A stretch of 64,000 nucleotides of DNA from an uncultured Candidatus Rokubacteria bacterium (lineage in GTDB: Bacteria; Methylomirabilota; Methylomirabilia; Rokubacteriales; DASRDR01), in assembly GCA_963708025.1 (NCBI GenBank), contig CAVPSB010000014.1, positions 32,001 to 96,000 of the forward strand, written 5' to 3'. The position numbers were made by a program, and so were the translations under genes. Numbering within the stretch: position 1 is the stretch's first letter; each line of letters starts with the position of its first letter. Positions 59,678 through 64,000 of this stretch are shown piece after piece. The notes under the pieces are model-generated. The model saw only the letters and a program-made list of their open reading frames with translations, searched no databases and was not told where the DNA came from.

Positions 59678-60572
59678 TCAGCGCTGGACGCCGGGCACCC
59701 AGGCCGCGGTGCGGCCGCCGATCGTCTGGTGGCGGATCGGCTCGCCCCGGGCCGTCGTGACGTTCCGCTCCCAGCGGCGGTGGAACAGCCACGTCCGCGG
59801 GTAGCGGGCGCTGTCCGCCCCGGCCCGCACGGCGGTAGCCAGCACCGAGCGCAGACGCATCCGCAGCCGCCGGGCCTCGGCCGGCGTGAGCTCGCGGGCG
59901 GGTCGCCGCGGGTCGATCCGCGCCTGGTACAGCACCTCGTCGGCCACCCAGTTGCCCACGCCGGCGGCGAAGGTCTGGTCGAGCAGCACCGCCTTGATCG
60001 GCGCCGCCCGCTGCCGCAGCGATTCGCAGGAACCGGGAGACCGGCGGCAGCTCGCGGTAGGCGTCGAAGCCGAGCTGGCCGATCGGCGGCTCGCGGCGCG
60101 GGTCGTCCCGGAGGCGGAGGCGCCCCAGCCGGCGCGGGTCGGCGAAGGCCAGCTCGCCGCCGCCGTCGAAGGTGAGCCGGAGCTTGGTGAAGCGCGGGGG
60201 CCAGACGGATCCCGGTCGGCGTCCGCCCGGCGCATCGCCTCGCCGTCGCGCCTTCCGGACGCCGACGAAAGACGATCGATCGTTCCGGCCGTGCGCGACG
60301 AGCCAGACGCCGCGCCCGGGCGTGTAGAGCCCACCGCTCATGCCGAAGTGGAGGATCGGCCACGGTCGCCGATCGAGCTCCAGCCAGAGGTGCTTGCCGT
60401 GCCGCCGGACGGCGAGGATCCGCCGGCCGACGAGAGCCCGCCGGATCCGGGCGGGAGCCGCCCCGTCGAGGACGATCGGATCGGCCGCGCACCATACCGC
60501 GTCGATGCGGCGCCCGGCCGCCACCCGCTGGGCCAGCCGGCGGGCGGCCTCGACCTCAGGCAGCTCGGGCAT
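59678..60572 (-). CDS. mutM: Fpg/Nei DNA glycosylase, zinc-less finger type (frameshift near 60030)
   Basis: MPELPEVE, RHGKHL, HFGMSG, DPRRLG, IKAVLLDQ, GVGNWVADEVL, GGRTAAWVPGVQ. Confidence 0.9.
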
Positions 60573-60644
60573 GGCCGTGGAGCGCCACCCGCACGAGGAG
60601 GGCCCGTGAAGCAAGCACCGCCGCCGGTTTCTGCCGCCGTTTTC

Positions 60645-60673
60645 TTGACAGCGGTACTCGAATCCAATACCGT
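60645..60673 (+). promoter_or_regulatory. Putative sigma70 promoter
   Basis: TTGACA-17 bp-TACCGT in an AT-richer divergent intergenic region. Confidence 0.5.
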
Positions 60674-60723
60674 AAAACGCACTGCGTCGAGTTGACCGTC
60701 CACTCTCGACTCAAGGAGCGGCG

Positions 60724-61700
60724 ATGCGAGTCAAGTTCTGGGGTACGGGGGGAGCTTCGGGCTCTTCAGTCCGGAGCGCACGCGGTACGGGTGCAACACG
60801 CTGTGCCTGGAGATCAACTCCGAGTGCCTGCCGCCCGGCCACCACCTCTACGTCGATTCGGGAACGGGGATCATCGCGGCCTCCCGGGACTTCATGCGAC
60901 GGGAGGGCCGGGCGCTCGTCATCCTCCAGTCCCACTACCACATCGACCACGTCGTCGGCTTCCCCGGGAGCCTGTTTCCGTACTACAAGGACTTCGCGAT
61001 CACGTTCGTGGGACCGGGCGAATACGGGAAGGGGCCACGGGAGGTGATGGCCGCCCTCATGCAGCCGCCGATCTTCCCGGTCCCGTTCGCCGAGGTCGGC
61101 AGCCACATCGACCACCACGTCGTGGACTTTCCCTCGACCGAGGTCGTCGTCTTCCACCCGATGATGCGGATGGCGATCCTGTCGGTCGAGGACTACGAGC
61201 GCCGGCTCCAGCGCGGCGGCGGAATGACCTTCGACGGCGGGACCGTGCCGGTCAGCGAGTGCCTCGTGGTCAAGATGACGCGGACGAACCACCCCGAGAA
61301 GACGATCGGGTACCGGTTCGAGGAAGGTCCGACCGGGCGAACCCTCGTCACGCTGTTCGATCACGAGAACGTGGACAGCGTCTCGCAGGCGCTCAAGGAC
61401 CACGCCCGGGACGCGGACCTCCTGGTCCAGGACTGCCAGTACGACCAGAAGGTCTACTGCGGCGAGCGGGGAAGCTGGGGGCACGGCGATCCCGTGGGCG
61501 TCCGCCGGATCGCGCACTACGGGCAGGTGAAGGCGGTGGCGCTGATCCATCACGACCCCTTCGCGACCGACAAGGAGATCGACGGCCACGTCGAGGAGGT
61601 CCGCGGCGGCGAGGGCCCGGAAAAGCTCACGATCCCCATCTTCGCCGCCGGCGATTATCTCGAGGTCGAGGTCGGCAACCCCAAGACCTACCCCGTGTAG
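60724..61700 (+). CDS. MBL-fold metallo-hydrolase (frameshift near 60755)
   Basis: MRVKFWGT.G, YGCNTLC, DSGTG, SHYHIDH, NHP, DHE, DCQY, WGH, HHDP; AAGGAG RBS. Confidence 0.88.
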
Positions 61701-61747
61701 CCGGACGCTCGCCCTCGACCTCCGACGACTCCGGGGGCCGGGGCGCG

Positions 61748-62311
61748 CTACCCGAGCGTCAGCGTGTGGCGGATGGTCTTCGCCACCTCCCCCCGGTCCA
61801 GCGAGAGGTAGTGGTAGCGCGCGCCGATCCACTCGGCGAGCTGGTCGCCGTAGTGGGGGCTGCCCGGGTGGCCGGACTGGCCCTGCGCGTCGACCGCCCA
61901 CAGCCCCGGCGGTGACGCGGCCAGCTCGGCGATCAGCCGGTAGTTGGCGCCCATCGGCGCCAGGTAGTTCGGGTCGTAGCCGGTGTTGCAGACGGTGGTC
62001 CCGTCGCCCTTGACCGGGAGGCCGCCCCGATCGAGGAGGCGGTCCTGGGCCATCGCGTAGCCGAAGGCGAAGAAGAGCGCCTCGTCGCGCTCCGCGTAGA
62101 TGTGGGGGATGCCCCAGCCGTCGCGGTGGATCTCGGCTTGGATCCCGCCGGGCGCCGACCGCGTCCCGCTCGCCGCGGGGACGCGGGCCGCGGTCTCCGC
62201 CGCCCACCACGCGTCCAGCTCGGGCCGCGTGAGGCCGGCGGCCGCGCAGACGGACACGATCGACTCGCCGGCGCCGAGCCGGCGCAGGATCTCCTTGGAT
62301 GCCAGCGTCAT
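61748..62311 (-). pseudogene. Penicillin acylase (S45) gene with a large in-frame internal deletion
   Basis: N-terminal RDGWGIPHIYA..FGYAMAQDRL joined directly to C-terminal GANYRLI..GQSGHPGSPHYGDQ; 187 aa in total. Confidence 0.85.
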
Positions 62312-62865
62312 GATGCTCTCCCGAGTAAGTGGGCTTCGAGGATCGGGCGGAAATGCTCGAGGTCCGGCGTGGGCGCCCCGGCGACCTTGCCCTGGTCGTC
62401 CCAGCGGCGGAGCCGCACGGCGTCCTGGGCGTGGGGCGTGGCCTCGAACGCCCGGACCTCCGCCGGGCCGAACGGCCCGCCCTGAACCGCCAGGGTCCGG
62501 ATCGAGGCCGGCGAGAGCGCCGCCCGGTAGCCCGGGTTGACGGCGCAGAGGTAGCGCTTGGCCGCCACGTGGAGGCGGACCGGCTCGGCGACGGCCGGGA
62601 CGAACCGGCGCGACAGGAAGGCGAAGCCGATCTCCGCGTGGCGGCCGTCGAGGTCGGGGTCGGCGGCCTCGCCCGAGGGCCGGCGGAGCAGATACGCGAC
62701 GTCGTGGAGCAGCGCGGCGGCGACGAGCGCCGGGGCGGCCGCGTCTCGCTCGGCCGCCTGGGCGGTCTGGAGCATGTGGTCGGTGATCGAGAGCGGCTCG
62801 CCGAGGTAGGCCGTCCGGCCGTACTGGCGGTACGCCTCGAACAGCTCGTCGATCGGGTCGCTCAC
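62308..62865 (-). CDS. HD-domain PhnZ/TmpB-like oxygenase
   Basis: YLGE, HMLQTA, AALLHD, H, LHVAAKRYL, LS.AS..TL..QGGP, LRRWDDQGK. Confidence 0.88.
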   Translation of the reverse strand: MSDPIDELFEAYRQYGRTAYLGEPLSITDHMLQTAQAAERDAAAPALVAAALLHDVAYLLRRPSGEAADPDLDGRHAEIGFAFLSRRFVPAVAEPVRLHVAAKRYLCAVNPGYRAALSPASIRTLAVQGGPFGPAEVRAFEATPHAQDAVRLRRWDDQGKVAGAPTPDLEHFRPILEAHLLGRAS

Positions 62866-64000
62866 GCGGGTGTCGTCGCCGGCGCGGCCGATGCGCGGCT
62901 CAGCACGGCCAGCCGGCTCCGCAGGGCGTCCATGTCGGCGTAGCAGCCCTGGAGGTGGCGCTGGCCCGCGCCGGAGAAGGCGGTGCGGCCGTGGAGCATT
63001 CTCAGGTTGTCGACGATGAAGAGGTCACCCGGGTCGAGCTTGAACCGGAGCTGCCATTCCGGGCTCTCCAGCATCCGGGCGAGCGCCAGGTAGGCGGCGT
63101 AGTACGCCTCGACCAGGTCGGGGGCGACGGCGAGCGGCGCCTTGGCCCGGTTGTTGAGACGGATCGCCGCCACCTCGCCCCGCGCGTCCAGCGTGATCAC
63201 CGGGTGCTCGGCCGTGAGCTCGGCCTCGGCATCGCGGAAGCGGAAGCGGACCGGCAGTCGCGCCAGCAGGTCGAACTGATCGGGGCGGGTGGCGCGGAGC
63301 CGCTCCGCGACCTCGAAGCCGTCCACCAGCGCGCTGTCTCCGCCGTCGACGCTCGAGGACAGGCAGTGGAGGAGCTGGAGCGTCGGGGCCGGGTCGCGGT
63401 ACGGGTTGTCGGTGTGGCAGGAGAGCCCGAGCCCCGTGTAGGCCAGGTTGGTCGGGTTCAGCACCGAGCGGACGTCGAAGAGCCGCCCGTAGTTCGTCTC
63501 GCGCACGTGGCCGAAGAGCTCGGCGACCCGGCAGACCTCGCCGGGCACCGCCGGCACGCCACGGAGGAGGGCGAACCCGTAGGCGTCGACCGCCGCCAGC
63601 CAGTCGCGGAGCGCCGACGGATCGGCGACGACGTCGGCGTGGCGGGCCTCGGGGAGCCCGGTGTGCGATTCGGCGCGCCAGGAGCGCCACCGGCGGGGAC
63701 CCGGCCGGTCGGCGTCGCAGTAGCAATGGGCGCGGAGCCAGGCCGTGGGGTAGACGCCCGCGTGGCCGTCAGCCCACGCGACCTCCACGTCGCCGTCGGG
63801 ATTGACTCGGGCCGAGGCGAGCGCGAGATCGTCCGGGATGACGCCCGTCTCCAGGAGCCGCTGCCCGGTGCCGGGATGGGCGCACGCCGGGCAGGGACAG
63901 CCGTCCCGGAGCCAGATCGCGTGGAAGCGGCTCGCGTGGCCGTCCGCCCACCGGATCGCGAGATCCTGGCCGGACCGGGCGAGGTCGAGGATTCGATCGG
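62862..64000 (-). CDS. Fe/2OG dioxygenase, TmpA/gamma-butyrobetaine hydroxylase-like (start outside window)
   Basis: WLRDGCPCPAC.H N-terminal Zn domain; RETNYG, NLAYT, HTDNPYRDP, DN.R.LHGR, LQGCY.D. Confidence 0.9.
   Translation of the reverse strand, partial: DRILDLARSGQDLAIRWADGHASRFHAIWLRDGCPCPACAHPGTGQRLLETGVIPDDLALASARVNPDGDVEVAWADGHAGVYPTAWLRAHCYCDADRPGPRRWRSWRAESHTGLPEARHADVVADPSALRDWLAAVDAYGFALLRGVPAVPGEVCRVAELFGHVRETNYGRLFDVRSVLNPTNLAYTGLGLSCHTDNPYRDPAPTLQLLHCLSSSVDGGDSALVDGFEVAERLRATRPDQFDLLARLPVRFRFRDAEAELTAEHPVITLDARGEVAAIRLNNRAKAPLAVAPDLVEAYYAAYLALARMLESPEWQLRFKLDPGDLFIVDNLRMLHGRTAFSGAGQRHLQGCYADMDALRSRLAVLSRASAAPATTPA

Overview
Very GC-rich bacterial chromosomal window (spot counts about 75-80% GC in core genes). 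The gene content resembles Rokubacteria/Methylomirabilota soil bacteria, but that is inference only. It holds about 55 genes, mostly catabolic: amidases, two hydantoinase/oxoprolinase systems, aminotransferases, ThDP enzymes, ABC binding proteins, a multicopper oxidase-CopC-CopD/cytochrome c cluster and a TmpAB-like phosphonate pair. No rRNA, tRNA, CRISPR array, integrase or transposase is visible. Many genes carry single-base frameshifts that look like long-read errors. The most interesting signals are: (1) a CHASE2 adenylate cyclase + FecR/TPR/beta-barrel receptor locus in which the barrel half and a downstream orphan protein with a C-terminal Cys loop form one lower-GC block, a candidate swappable receptor-ligand module; (2) a dispersed C/G-tract repeat family (5 copies), two copies of which carry nested GGCC-GAA-GGCC mini-hairpin modules, and whose terminal GGAGG sits at Shine-Dalgarno distance from downstream starts; (3) a TGTTGC/CAACAC operator-like motif present three times, each at an accessory insert (Xre + C39-like peptidase, a pseudokinase, and a patch of gene fragments); (4) several cleanly truncated or internally deleted genes, two of them next to repeats.
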